Shown one piece after another: positions 12,201 through 25,132 of a DNA stretch of 64,000 nt. The notes under the pieces were generated by a model. It saw nothing but the letters and a program-made list of their open reading frames with translations, ran no database searches and was not told the origin of the DNA. The stretch's first letter is position 1. Every line of letters starts with the position of its first letter. The translations under genes and the position numbers were made by a program. Origin of the DNA: Eledone cirrhosa (lineage: Eukaryota); assembly GCA_964016885.1 (NCBI GenBank), contig OZ024740.1, positions 442,060,001-442,124,000 of the forward strand, given 5' to 3'.

Positions 12201-12590
12201 ACTGGGGTCCCTATCATTAAGTTACCCAAGATACCTCCAACGAGGAGGCCAGCTAAACCTGCATAGGTGTGAGCTGTCACACACACACACACATATGTAT
12301 ATATATATATACATACATATATATATAAAGCGTGAAACTAATAAGATTTTTCTGTACCTCTGTTTGTTATCTCCTTGAACTATGTGTGTATGTTTCTGTG
12401 TGTGTGTGTACGCGTGTGTGTGTGTCTGTGTGTGTCTGTGTGTGTGTGTGAGAGTCCCGGATTCAATAGGGGGTAGCAATAGTAAGTAAGGTACTCAATA
12501 CATTAGGAGTGTGTAAACATCAAGTTTAATATAAAAATGGCTTCTACAGGACTAGAACTGTTTCATTCGAAAGAAATCATATACGTATAT

Positions 12591-13392
12591 AATTGTTTCT
12601 ACTTTTGGCACAAAGCCAGCAATTATCCCAGTCTATTACTGGTACTTTATTTTATCGACCCCGTAAGGATGATAGGCAAAGTTAACCTCGGCGTGATTTG
12701 AACTCAGATCATAAAGGGACGTAACTCTTTGCTGCAAAGGCCCTTTATGGTATACATAGATAAGACACACAAACACATATATATATATATTATGTTTTAG
12801 GGTGGATTGGCAGTATCGGTAGAGGATCGGACGCCATGATTTGACGCGTAGAGTTACGGCCCTTGCCATTCTGAGTTCAAATCCCGCCGAGGTTAACTTT
12901 GCCTTTCATCCTTACGGGGTCGATAAAATAAAGTACCAGTAATACACTGAGTAATTGCTGGCCTTGTGCCTAACGTAGAAACAATTATTTTTTAGATAAA
13001 ATGAATATATATATAGAGAGGGAGGGGGGGGATAAATAATTGTTTCTACTTTTTGGCACAAGGCCAGCAATTATCCAGTGCATTACTGGTACTTTATTTT
13101 ATCGACCCCCGTAAGGATGAGAGGCAAAGTTAACCTCGGCGTGATTTGAACTCAGAATGGCAAGGGCCGTAACTCCATGCGTCAAAGCATGGCGTCCGAC
13201 CCTCTACCGATACTGCCAATCCACCACCCTCCACCGTGAATAAATAATTGTTTCTACTTTTGGCACAAGGCCAGCAATTATTCCAGTGCATTACTGGTAC
13301 ATTATTTTATCGACCCCGTAAGGATGAAAGGCAAAGTTAACCTAGGCGGGATTTGAACTCAGAATGGCAAGGGCCGTAACTCTATGCATCAA
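12591..13392. mobile_element. Cluster of four copies of one tRNA-SINE family: 12591-12739 (-), 12800-12988 (+), 13036-13226 (-), 13245-13392 (-)
   Basis: Shared head GGTGGATTGGCAGTATCGGTAGAGG, B-box GAGTTCAAATCC, core CCTTTCATCCTTACGGGGTCGATAAAATAAAGTACCAG, end AGTAGAAACAATTAT. Confidence 0.9.
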
Positions 13393-14145
13393 ATAAAACC
13401 AAAACTAATCTGCCGCAACATTCATACATGTTTCAGTTTATTTCTGTTGTGTCACACAATCGAACAACGCCGCCATTAAATCCTATGTACTGTTAAAAAA
13501 ACCTTAACCAAGTCAACACCGATTATCTTCTTTATTTCTGGTGAAAGAGGCGAGAGCACCGGAAACCTTTACCACCATAGGGTCATAAGATTTGAGACGA
13601 GAAAATACATAAAAGAAACTGGTATCAAAAGACAAATAAATAAATAATAGCTGGGGTGGGGGCTGGATTAAGAATATTTCAGTAAGATGTAATAGTGACA
13701 AACTATTTCATTAGATGAATCAGTTGGCCTTATTTAGCTGCTTATCATCAGATCATTTCTAAAACATATCAAATACTCGCTCCACAAAAGGCGGGCTTGG
13801 TTACTCTAATGCTGGACAGCCATAAATCTACTGAATGCGTAATTGCATCATATCAACTTTTTCTTTTCCTTTTAGTTTCTTTTATATTTACTCCTACCGC
13901 TTTGAAATTTTAGGTGGGGTTTTGGTGATTCTTGAGGCCGAATGTTGTAGTTGTTGTTGTTATTTCTTTGTTGTTTTGTTTTTATCAAAAAATCTACCTA
14001 TTTCGTCATCCTACTACACTTTTCAAGATTGTCATAAGTTAAGATGTCATATACTTTTCTTTATAATCGGAGTTCAATTCCCACCAAATTTGACTTTCGT
14101 TTTCACCCTTCTGTTTTAGAAAAAAAAATATTAAATTAGAAACTA

Positions 14146-14297
14146 AGACGGCAAACTGGTAGAATCGTTAAGGTGCCGGATAAAATAATTTGCAGATATT
14201 TACTCCGGCTCTCAGAGTTCAAATCCAGTCGAGGCCAACTTTCCCTTTTATCTTTGCGAGCTCGGTAAATAAAGCACCAGTTCAGTACTGGTATCAA
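14146..14297 (+). mobile_element. Diverged tRNA-SINE, followed by (CT)n at 14298-14386
   Basis: GGCAAACTGGTAGAATCGTTA head, GAGTTCAAATCC box, degenerate core. Related minus-strand copies at about 14560-14665, 20450-20565 and 21345-21430. Confidence 0.7.
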
Positions 14298-14358
<61 letters not shown>

Positions 14359-14690
14359 CCCTCTCTCTCTCTCTCTCTCCCTCTCTAAGAAGAAGAAAAA
14401 GAAAAAGAAGAAATCAGTTTTGGCCAAACGTGCATATGGATTGACGCTCTATGGTATTTCTTTTTAAGCTGTCGGAGCCCAAGGTCTGAATACAGTAGAT
14501 TTCTTCCAGCGAAGGATAGAGAGAGTGAGATAAAGGAAATGAGAAAAGGTTATAGGTGAAGAATCGACCCCAGTATTAGACTGGTAATTTTTATCGACTT
14601 CAAAAGAATGAAAAGCAAAGTTGACCTCGGCTGGATTTGAACGACTCTGCCAATTCGCCGCCTTTGGAAATGTATATATACTTATAAATA

Positions 14691-17572
14691 TGTGTGTTGT
14701 AGGTGTTGTTGTTGTGTATGTGTGTTGTAGGTGTTGTTGTTGTGTATGTGTGTTGTAGGTGTTGTTGTTGTGTATATGTGTTGTAGGTGTTGTTGTTGTG
14801 TATATGTGTTGTAGGTGTTGTTGTTGTGTATGTGTGTTGTAGGTGTTGTTGTTGTGTATATGTGTTGTAGGTGTTGTTTTGTGTATATATGTTGTAGGTG
14901 TTGTTGTTGTGTATGTGTGTTGTAGGTGTTGTTGTTGTGTGTGTGTGTTGTAGGTGTTGTTGTTGTGTATATGTGTTGTAGGTGTTGTTGTTGTGTATAT
15001 GTGTTGTAGGTGTTGTTGTTGTGTATGTGTGTTGTAGGCGTTGTTGTTGTGTATGTGTGTTGTAGGTGTTGTTGTTGTGTATGTGTGTTGTAGGTGTTGT
15101 TGTTGTGTATATGTGTTGTAGGTGTTGTTGTTGTGTATGTGTGTTGTAGGTGTTGTTGTTGTGTATATGTGTTGTAGGTGTTGTTGTTGTGTATGTGTGT
15201 TGTAGGTGTTGTTGTTGTGTATATGTGTTGTAGGTGTTGTTGTTGTGTATATGTGTTGTAGGTGTTGTTGTTGTGTATGTGTGTTGTAGGTGTTGTTGTT
15301 GTGTATATGTGTTGTAGGCGTTGTTGTTGTGTATATATGTTGTAGGTGTTGTTGTTGTGTATGTGTGTTGTAGGTGTTGTTGTGTATATGTGTTGTAGGT
15401 GTTGTTGTTGTGTATATGTGTTGTAGGCGTTGTTGTTGTGTATATGTGTTGTAGGCGTTGTTGTTGTGTATGTGTGTTGTAGGTGTTGTTGTTGTGTATG
15501 TGTGTTGTAGGTGTTGTTGTTGTGTATATGTGTTGTAGGCGTTGTTGTTGTGTATGTGTGTTGTAGGTGTTGTTGTTGTGTATATGTGTTGTAGGTGTTG
15601 TTGTTGTGTATATATGTTGTAGGTGTTGTTGTTGTGTATATGTGTTGTAGGTGTTGTTGTTGTGTATATGTGTTGTAGGTGTTGTTGTTGTGTATATGTG
15701 TTGTAGGCGTTGTTGTTGTGTATGTGTGTTGTAGGTGTTGTTGTTGTGTATGTGTGTTGTAGGTGTTGTTGTTGTGTATATGTGTTGTAGGTGTTGTTGT
15801 TGTGTATATGTGTTGTAGGCGTTGTTGTTGTGTATATGTGTTGTAGGCGTTGTTGTTGTGTATGTGTGTTGTAGGTGTTGTTGTTGTGTATGTGTGTTGT
15901 AGGCGTTGTTGTTGTGTATATATGTTGTAGGTGTTGTTGTTGTGTATATGTGTTGTAGGTGTTGTTGTTGTGTATATGTGTTGTAGGTGTTGTTGTTGTG
16001 TATATGTGTTGTAGGTTTTGTTGTTGTGTATATGTGTTGTAGGTGTTGTTGTTGTGTATATGTGTTGTAGGCGTTGTTGTTGTGTATATGTGTTGTAGGT
16101 GTTGTTGTTGTGTATATGTGTTGTAGGTGTTGTTGTTGTGTATGTGTGTTGTAGGTGTTGTTGTTGTGTATATGTGTTGTAGGTGTTGTTGTTGTGTATA
16201 TGTGTTGTAGGTGTTGTTGTTGTGTATATGTGTTGTAGGTGTTGTTGTTGTGTATATGTGTTGTAGGTGTTGTTGTTGTGTATGTGTGTTGTAGGTGTTG
16301 TTGTTGTGTATGTGTGTTGTAGGTGTTGTTGTTGTGTATGTGTGTTGTAGGCGTTGTTGTTGTGTATATATGTTGTAGGTGTTGTTGTTGTGTATATGTG
16401 TTGTAGGTGTTGTTGTTGTGTATATGTGTTGTAGGCGTTGTTGTTGTGTATGTGTGTTGTAGGTGTTGTTGTTGTGTATATGTGTTGTAGGTGTTGTTGT
16501 TGTGTATATGTGTTGTAGGCGTTGTTGTTGTGTATATATGTTGTAGGTGTTGTTGTTGTGTATATGTGTTGTAGGTGTTGTTGTTGTGTATGTGTGTTGT
16601 AGGCGTTGTTGTTGTGTATATATGTTGTAGGTGTTGTTGTTGTGTATATGTGTTGTAGGTGTTGTTGTTGTGTATATGTGTTGCAGGTGTTGTTGTTGTG
16701 TATGTGTGTTGTAGGTGTTGTTGTTGTGTATATGTGTTGTAGGTGTTGTTGTTGTGTATATGTGTTGTAGGCGTTGTTGTTGTGTATATATGTTGTAGGT
16801 GTTGTTGTTGTGTATATGTGTTGTAGGTGTTGTTGTTGTGTATGTGTGTTGTAGGCGTTGTTGTTGTGTATATATGTTGTAGGTGTTGTTGTTGTGTATA
16901 TATGTTGTAGGTGTTGTTGTTGTGTATATGTGTTGTAGGTGTTGTTGTTGTGTATGTGTGTTGTAGGTGTTGTTGTTGTGTATATGTGTTGTAGGTGTTG
17001 TTGTTGTGTATGTGTGTTGTAGGTGTTGTTGTTGTGTATATGTGTTGTAGGCGTTGTTGTTGTGTATATATGTTGTAGGTGTTGTTGTGTATATGTGTTG
17101 TAGGCGTTGTTGTTGTGTATGTGTGTTGTAGGTGTTGTTGTTGTGTATGTGTGTTGTAGGTGTTGTTGTTGTGTATATGTGTTGTAGGTGTTGTTGTTGT
17201 GTATATGTGTTGTAGGTGTTGTTGTTGTGTATGTGTGTTGTAGGTGTTGTTGTTGTGTATATGTGTTGTAGGTGTTGTTGTTGTGTATATGTGTTGTAGG
17301 CGTTGTTGTTGTGTATGTGTGTTGTAGGTGTTGTTGTTGTGTATATGTGTTGTAGGTGTTGTTGTTGTGTATATGTGTTGTAGGCGTTGTTGTTGTGTAT
17401 ATGTGTTGTAGGTGTTGTTGTTGTGTATATGTGTTGTAGGCGTTGTTGTTGTGTATATGTGTTGTAGGTGTTGTTGTTGTGTATATGTGTTGTAGGTGTT
17501 GTTGTTGTGTATGTGTGTTGTAGGTGTTGTTGTTGTGTATATGTGTTGTAGGTGTTGTTGTTGTGTATATGT
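14691..17572. repeat. 28-bp minisatellite TGTGTTGTAGGTGTTGTTGTTGTGTA(T/G)-type, about 100 copies
   Basis: Direct periodicity; the 1010-aa minus ORF is its 28-aa periodic translation. Confidence 0.97.
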
Positions 17573-17797
17573 TTCTTTGTCGCTTATGAACCCGACGAAG
17601 GAATGAAAAACAATTAGAACTATTTCAGTCACTGAGGCATGATGCTATCAACCCTCTTGTTTCTATTGTACCACAGATTTCTGTCTAAGAGGACCAGCTG
17701 TCTGGGATCTTAGTCATCCACTGCCTCGGTCATCTACCCCTACACCTCACACCCGCCTATTTCACTGTCAGTTCTCCCCCACCCTGCCTTACACTAC

Positions 17798-19660
17798 ATG
17801 TTGTGATGTTGTGATGTTGTGATGTTGAGATGTTGTGATGTTGTGATGTTGAGATGTTGTGGTGTTGTGATGTTGTGATGTTGAGATGTTGTGGTGTTGT
17901 GATGTTGTGACGTTAAGATGTTGTGATGTGATGTTGAGATGTTGTGGTGTTGTGATGTTGTGATGTTGAGATGTTGTGGTGTTGTGATGTTGTGATGTGA
18001 TGTGATGTTGTGATGTTGAGATGTTGTGGTGTTGTGATGTTGTGATGTGATGTGATGTTGTGATGTTGAGATGTTGTGGTGTTGTGATGTTGTGATGTGA
18101 TGTGATGTTGTGATGTTGAGATGTTGTGGTGTTGTGATGTTGTGATGTTGAGATGTTGTGATGTGATGTTGAGATGTTGTGGTGTTGTGATGTTGTGATG
18201 TTGAGATATTGTGATGTGATGTTGTGATGTTGGGATGCTGTGATGTTGAGATGTTCAGATGTGATGTTCAGATATTGTGATGTTGTGATGTTGTGATGTT
18301 GTGATGTTGTGATATTGAGATATTGTAATGTGATGTTGTGATGTTGAGATGTTGACATGTGACGTTGTGATGTTCAGATGTTCAGATCTTGTGATGTCGA
18401 GATGTTGTGATGTTGTGATGTTGTGATGTTGTGATGTTGAGATGTTGTGATGTTGTGGTGTTGAGATGTTGTGATGTGATGTTGTTATGTTCTGATGTTG
18501 TGATGTTGTGATGTTGTGATGTTGAGATGTTGTGATGTTGTGATGTTGTGATGTGATGTTGAGATGTGATGTTGTGATGTGATGTTGTGATGTTGTGATG
18601 TGATGTTGTTATGTGATGTTGTGATGTTGTGATGTGATGTTGAGATGTGATGTTGTGATGTTGTGATGTTGTGATGTTGTGATGTGATGTTGTGATGTTG
18701 TGATGTGATGTTGTGATGTTGAGATGTGATGTTGAGATGTGATGTTGAGATGTGATGTTGAGATGTGATGTTGTGATGTGATGTTGTGATGTTGTGATGT
18801 GATGTTGTTATGTGATGTTGTGATGTTGTGATGTGATGTTGAGATGTGATGTTGTGATGTTGTGATGTTGTGATGTTGTGATGTGATGTTGTGATGTTGA
18901 GATGTGATGTTGAGATGTGATGTTGTGATATTGTGATGTGATGTTGTGATGTTGGGATGTTGTGATGTTGAGATGTGATGTTGAGATGTGATGTTGAGAT
19001 GTGATGTTGTGATGTTGTGATGTGATGTTGAGATGTGATGTTGTGATGTTGTGATGTTGTGATGTTGTGATGTGATGTTGAGATGTGATGTTGAGTTGTG
19101 ATGTTGAGATGTGATGTTGAGATGTGATGTTGAGATGTGATGTTGTGATGTGATGTTGTGATGTGATGTTGTGATGTGATGTTGTGATGTGATGTTGAGA
19201 TGTGATGTTGTGATGTTGAGATGTGATGTTGTGATGTTGAGATGTGATGTTGAGATGTGATGTTGTGATGTTGAGATGTGATGTTGAGATGTGATGTTGA
19301 GATGTGATGTTGAGATGTGATGTTGAGATGTGATGTTGTGATGTGATGTTGAGATGCGATGTTGAGATGTTGAGATGTGATGTTGAGATGTGATGTTGAG
19401 ATGTGATGTTGAGATGTGATGTTGAGATGTTGAGATGTGATGTTGAGATGTGATGTTGAGATGTGATGTTGAGATGTGATGTTGAGATGTTGAGATGTGA
19501 TGTTGAGATGTGATGTTGAGATGTGATGTTGTGATGTGATGTTGAGATGTGATGTTGAGAAGTGATGTTGAGATGTGATGTTGTGATGTTGAGAAGTGAT
19601 GTTGAGATGTGATGTTGTGATGTTGAGATGTGATGTTGTGATGTTGAGATGTGATGTTGA
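17798..19660. repeat. Composite short-unit satellite built from GATGT / GATGTTGT / GATGTTGA
   Basis: Seen directly. Confidence 0.95.
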
Positions 19661-19955
19661 AATATTTCTGCGTATCACGCAAAATATAACAGTGTAAGCA
19701 AATAACAAAGAAATGGCTTAAATCAGTCTAAACTGGGTCAGAGACCCAATTGGGAGGAATGCTTGCGGTAATTACAGCTAAAACAAAAGGTTAATTTGAT
19801 GAAATTGTTAATCGATAATAATAACCCGATTATATGTTCTACATGTGGCTCTTTCTAATTGTTAACGAAGTAATCCAATCATCTTATAAAACTACTTTTT
19901 ATCTCATGAAAAATACTCCGTAAATCAACAGATTTCAATAACAAACGAGGTTTCT

Positions 19956-20295
19956 TGTAAATCTACACAAGTTTCTCCCTCAAGCTACCATATATTGTGT
20001 AAATCTACACAAGTTTCTCCCTCAAGCTACCATATATTGTGTAAATCTACACATTTGTCTCCCTCAAACCACCATATATTGTGTAAATCTACACAAGTGT
20101 CTCCCTCAAGCTACCATATATTGTGTAAATCTACACATTTGTCTCCCTCAAACCACCATATATTGTGTAAATCTACACAAGTGTCTCCCTCAAGCTACCA
20201 TATATTGTGTAAATCTACACATTTGTCTCCCTCAAACCACCATTTATTGTGCAAATCTACACAAGTGTCCCCCTCAAGCTACCATATATTGTGTA
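19956..20295. repeat. 42-bp minisatellite, about 8 copies, alternating A/B variants
   Basis: TGTAAATCTACACAAGT(T/G)TCTCCCTCAAGCTACCATATATTG alternates with the ...CACATTTGTC...AAACCACC... variant. Confidence 0.95.
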
Positions 20296-21276
20296 TCCAT
20301 ATAAAATGCCAATAGTCAGATGAGACTACTGAACTATGTTACTACTGGTCTTTCCATTGCTGACAGAAGCGTTTTAATTCAGAACACGTAGAAACACACA
20401 GCATCCGGTTCGACTCTCTATTTCACTAATGAACCCTCTCTGGTTTATTACTTTATTTACCGACCCTAAAAAATGAATAACAAAGGCGACTGAGGTGGCA
20501 TTTGAATACAGTGTAGAGAGCCAGAACAAAGCATTTAGTCTGTTGATCTACCGCCTCTGCCAATTTACTACCAATTAACATTTCATGTTAAAATCTTTCT
20601 GCGTCCTATACACCAAACTTTTTTGTTCAAAACAAGAGTGACTCTTTTATACCGAAAAATACTGCAACTGCCTCATTTTTGCAAATCTCCTCTAACTTAA
20701 AAGCTGGGAACCAAATGTTCGAATTCTTAATTTTTGAGATAGGTTTGGAGGACAAATTAGCAGGGACCTTATTGTATTGTACAAAAGGCTTTTTGATATT
20801 TGTCCCGGCTCACTGTACCCTGATTTCAAATACTATCGGGACCAAATTAGTTTTTCTTTATTTTGAGGTCAATAAAATAAAGTTCCATTCCAGGATTTGC
20901 GGAATTGTTAGATCCCTAATTGTTCCGGCTGTTTATGTTCCTAGTTGAAATTCCACAGTAACCTTGATCTATATTACGGTAAACTTAATCCGTTGCCCCA
21001 TTTAACATCACCACATGGATATTGGGTGCCTTTCATAGAGTCCACTCTGTGCAAACATTAGAATAAATTCAACCCCAACACCATCCCGTCAGTTTTGAAG
21101 GAAGGCCTTGAAAAGAATCACTGGGAATAGCGCCAAAAATCCGATTTCAATTACCAATTGAAAGTAGTTCATTAAATGCTGGGGTGTAGAGTATTTAAAC
21201 CTGAGGAGGGGGCAACTCTCTCCAGATCTGAAATAGAGAGAGAGAGTGCGTAGAGAGGGAAAGAGGGGGAGGGGGC

Positions 21277-21337
<61 letters not shown>

Positions 21338-21840
21338 AACATAGTGAGGAAGAATCGATCCCACTACAGGATTGGTACTTTATTTATCGACCTCGAAAGA
21401 ATGAATGGCAAAGTTAACCTCAGTGAAATTACATGAACTCATTATAAAAACTCATATTGGCGATAGCCGGAAAAATTCCCGCAAAGCACTATCATTCTAT
21501 CGAACGTTCGAATGACTCACCAAATTGATGGCACAATCGAAGACATACTCTCTGAAAGTATACCAGGATTACGATGAATTAGATTGAATGATTTTGATTA
21601 TAAGTTTGCTGGATCAGAGTTATTTTTAGAGTAATCAACAAACTGGAGAATGGAGCATCTTTTAAAAACAATGAAGTAATGAGGTTTGGTTCTTCTGTTA
21701 ATCCGTTACTCCAAATAATTGTCACACATGCAGCATGAATCTAACATAATGGTTATTGTGTGATAATTCCTAACTTTTAATTAGATTCTTCTGGAAGGAG
21801 ACATCAATGAATACATGAAGAATAATGTCCTTTACTGAGG

Positions 21841-21900
<60 letters not shown>

Positions 21901-21948
21901 ATCTCTATCTATCTCTCTCTCTATCTCTCTCTCTCTCTCCTTCTCCCT

Positions 21949-21980
<32 letters not shown>

Positions 21981-22003
21981 CTCTCTCGTTCTTTCTTTCT
22001 CTC

Positions 22004-22067
<64 letters not shown>

Positions 22068-22073
22068 CATATT

Positions 22074-22107
<34 letters not shown>

Positions 22108-22300
22108 AATATACAGTATATATATATATAAGAAGTAGACGGACCCAGCATATGTATCAATGATAGGACCGGGTGCATCTCAGCGTACTGTAAAATACAC
22201 TCCCAGAGTATTAACATAATTATTCGCTTCAATACAACACACGTAAACGGGTACCTATAGTAGTTCCCGAACTCGAGTTTCGGCCACACTTAATGCAGTA

Positions 22301-22349
<49 letters not shown>

Positions 22350-22357
<8 letters not shown>

Positions 22358-22841
22358 TATATAAAGTTGTATTCCTGTTTGTTTGTTCACGAACTCCTCC
22401 TATGGTTTTGGAGATAGACCCCTCCATAACCGCATATATTCTGAAACTACATTGCCCAGGGTACTTGGATAAGTATATTTCATTTTAATCAAAGGGTTCC
22501 CCGGAGGCACAAAAACCCCGCTGAAAATTGTTTCCCTTCGATTAATATGAAATTTAAACCATAGGAAAATGACAAGATATGATGCCTATTCACAAAAGTT
22601 TTGAATTGATATTTTGAAAAAAATTATTTACAAGAAACAAAATAAGAATAAGATTTAATAATGTAATTTTGATTTGATATATTACAAAAATAATGTTTTC
22701 CAATGTTTCATGCATTACATTGAGTAATATTGAAATGCAGAGTTTTTCTCCATAAATTATATCACTGATTTAAAATCAATCATCATTTTCTTACAAAAAA
22801 AAAATGTGTGAAACGCAGCAAGGCGCGGGTAATTCGTCTAG
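22350..22841 (+). mobile_element. Non-autonomous Helitron-like element
   Basis: 5' TATATAAAGTTGTATTCCTGTTTGTTTGTTC; 3' GC-rich CGCAGCAAGGCGCGGGT about 7 nt upstream of terminal CTAG (22838-22841), followed by T. Confidence 0.65.
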
Positions 22842-22853
22842 TATATATATATA

Positions 22854-23383
22854 TATATATTGGTAAACGGAATAGAAAATGCTGACAAATTGTTCACAGT
22901 TGAAAAATGATTTAATTAGGAATAAAAGAGTATTAGTGATTGTATGGGTTAGTATTCAGTTGTGGTTTTAAGTATTTAAGTTTTTACCGGTTGCGCATTT
23001 CTAAATGCTTTTCAAAAATAATTTTGAGACAGAGTGTCCGTGCTGTTTGCTCTGATCTGATTAGTTTTGGGAATTCTACCTGTTTTTATGTTAAAAAAGT
23101 GGCTCCAGCGTTATTTTTGTGTTGCAAAAATGCTTGTGGTCAAAACAATTTTGATTGGTCGGTAGAGGTCATGTGAATGTAAAAAGTTGATTTTGCGCCA
23201 AGACTGTTTTTGCGCAACCGGTAAAAACTTAAAAACTTAAAACCACAACTGAATACTAACCCATACAATCACTAATACTCTTTTATTCCTAATTAAACCA
23301 TTTTTCAACTGTGAACAATTTGTCAGCATTTTCTATTCCGTTTACCAATATATAATAACTTGTGTGTTACACCTCTATTCTTT

Positions 23384-23390
<7 letters not shown>
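22854..23390. mobile_element. Fold-back element (family F); about 144-bp inverted arms 22854-22997 / 23211-23354; degenerate hammerhead on the minus strand at about 22981-23020
   Basis: Arms nearly identical, (TA)n on both sides. Minus strand reads TTGAAAA-GCATTT-ag-AAATGC-GCAA-CCGG-TA. Confidence 0.75.
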
Positions 23391-23432
<42 letters not shown>

Positions 23433-23436
<4 letters not shown>

Positions 23437-24050
23437 CAAAGGAATTGTGGTATGGAACCAGCTGGACCATAACGCACCAGAGTACTCAATACTTAGGGTA
23501 GTAGAGTGGGAAATAGGAAAAAGTATGACCCCGACGGCAGAGCTCAAGCCGTTTCGACGGCTATTTCTGGACTAAATTAGAATTTTTAGCCTGGTAAATA
23601 AATAGCCGAACTTTTCAATGGGGTACTTCCTTATATGGGAAAATTGTAGTTGTCAAGAGGATTGGTTAAAATTTGTTGTAAACATAAATAAGTCTATCAT
23701 GGCATTTGGTGGGAGGTAGGGGCGGCTGAACTTGCCTGTAGAACAATAGGGGAGTGAGTGGAGCGGTCAAGCGTTGAAAGTGATATGTATAGAGCAGATT
23801 CTAAGGCTAGTGTATGAAGTGAAGGAGGGAGGTTTTAGAATAGGTAAATCGAATGCGAGTAGGAGACAATAAAATATAATAGAAAGAAATAAAAAAAATA
23901 TATAAAATTAGATAGTGAGAAAGGAATAAAAAAAATCACAATGCTATCTTACAATTACAGGTTAATTGGACCATAACGCACCAGAGTGCTCAATACTTAG
24001 GGTAGTAGAGTGGGAAATAGGAAAAAGTATGACCCTGACGGCAGAGCTCA
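23433..24050 (-). mobile_element. Family E pLTR-like element with a hammerhead that has a true stem III (5' core degenerate); partial direct repeat at 23967-24050
   Basis: Minus strand 23520-23635 reads ACCCC-aTTGAAAA-gttCGGCTATTT...AAATAGCCGtc-GAAA-CGGC-ttgagctct-GCCG-TC-GGGGT. Confidence 0.7.
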
Positions 24051-24372
24051 ATATATATATGTATATCCGTATGTAGTTGACGGACGAGAGAAATGCGTTC
24101 TTAAATCCGAAGTAGAGTTTAAATATTCATTTATTGTGGCTAACCAGACCTATATGTATTTCCTTTTATTTACAACTGACTACCGTTTATTTTCTGTGGC
24201 ATTCCTTTTTTTACACTGTCTCTATTTTGTACTCCTGAAGAAGGAATAAAACCCAAGTCAAACTTTCTTCCCTCTATTCCATATAAAGCTTGAAACTAAT
24301 AATACGTTTTGTATCTGTTTTGTCGTTTCCTTGATTTATCTATCTATATCTATTAATATATCTATATCTATA

Positions 24373-24469
<97 letters not shown>

Positions 24470-25085
24470 ATAGATATATAGATATATATATATACATTTA
24501 TATATTATTTATACTTGATAAACATAACAATAGTGAACTTAGCAGAAAAAGAAAATTATCATAGAATTTTTTATTAATTATAACCTTAAATTAGAAATTG
24601 AAAATGATAATAAAATTGTTAATTTCTTAGACGTTACTTTAAACCTTAACTCAGGCCTATGTTACCTGTTCCATAAAATTAATGAAAACTTAAACTACGT
24701 AAGCTTCTTCTCTAACCACCCGAGAAATGTTAAAAATGCCATAGTTAATAGTGTCCTTTTTGTGGAGCAAGAGATCCCTACTCTTCTAGACATCTCTCTA
24801 GGAGAAGGTCTCTCTGATATCAAACCTGGGACTTCATTTGCATCCACTGATGTAGACCAGTTCTTCTGGGGTAAATGTATTCGATGTTCAGAGAGTGGGA
24901 TTGGCCCCGTGTAAAGCCTTTCCTCACTTAAAAAAGCTTCAAGCACAGGTATCACTTGATATGTGACATGTTTTGCGATACGTGGCATGGTAAGCTATAG
25001 GCAAGTCCCTAGCAGGACTAAAAGCCACGTTCGTGATGTTCATGCTTAAGTATCAAGCGATGGCATTACTCGAAATCATGTTGCA

Positions 25086-25132
<47 letters not shown>

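Noticed and set aside
14600-17632. 1010-aa His/Thr/Gln/Asn-rich ORF
   Set aside because: Translation of a 28-bp satellite; the period is not a multiple of 3 and all three frames give the same peptide.
21549-21740. Apparent minus-strand exon (192 nt with AG/GT signals)
   Set aside because: Stop codons in all three frames.
24231-24275. Hammerhead at CTGAAGA 24235
   Set aside because: GAAA and stems are not recoverable; at most a badly decayed pLTR. A 3'-half-only motif at about 12538-12565(-) was likewise not called.
24695-24988. 97-aa minus-strand ORF
   Set aside because: No recognisable motif or convincing splice boundaries.
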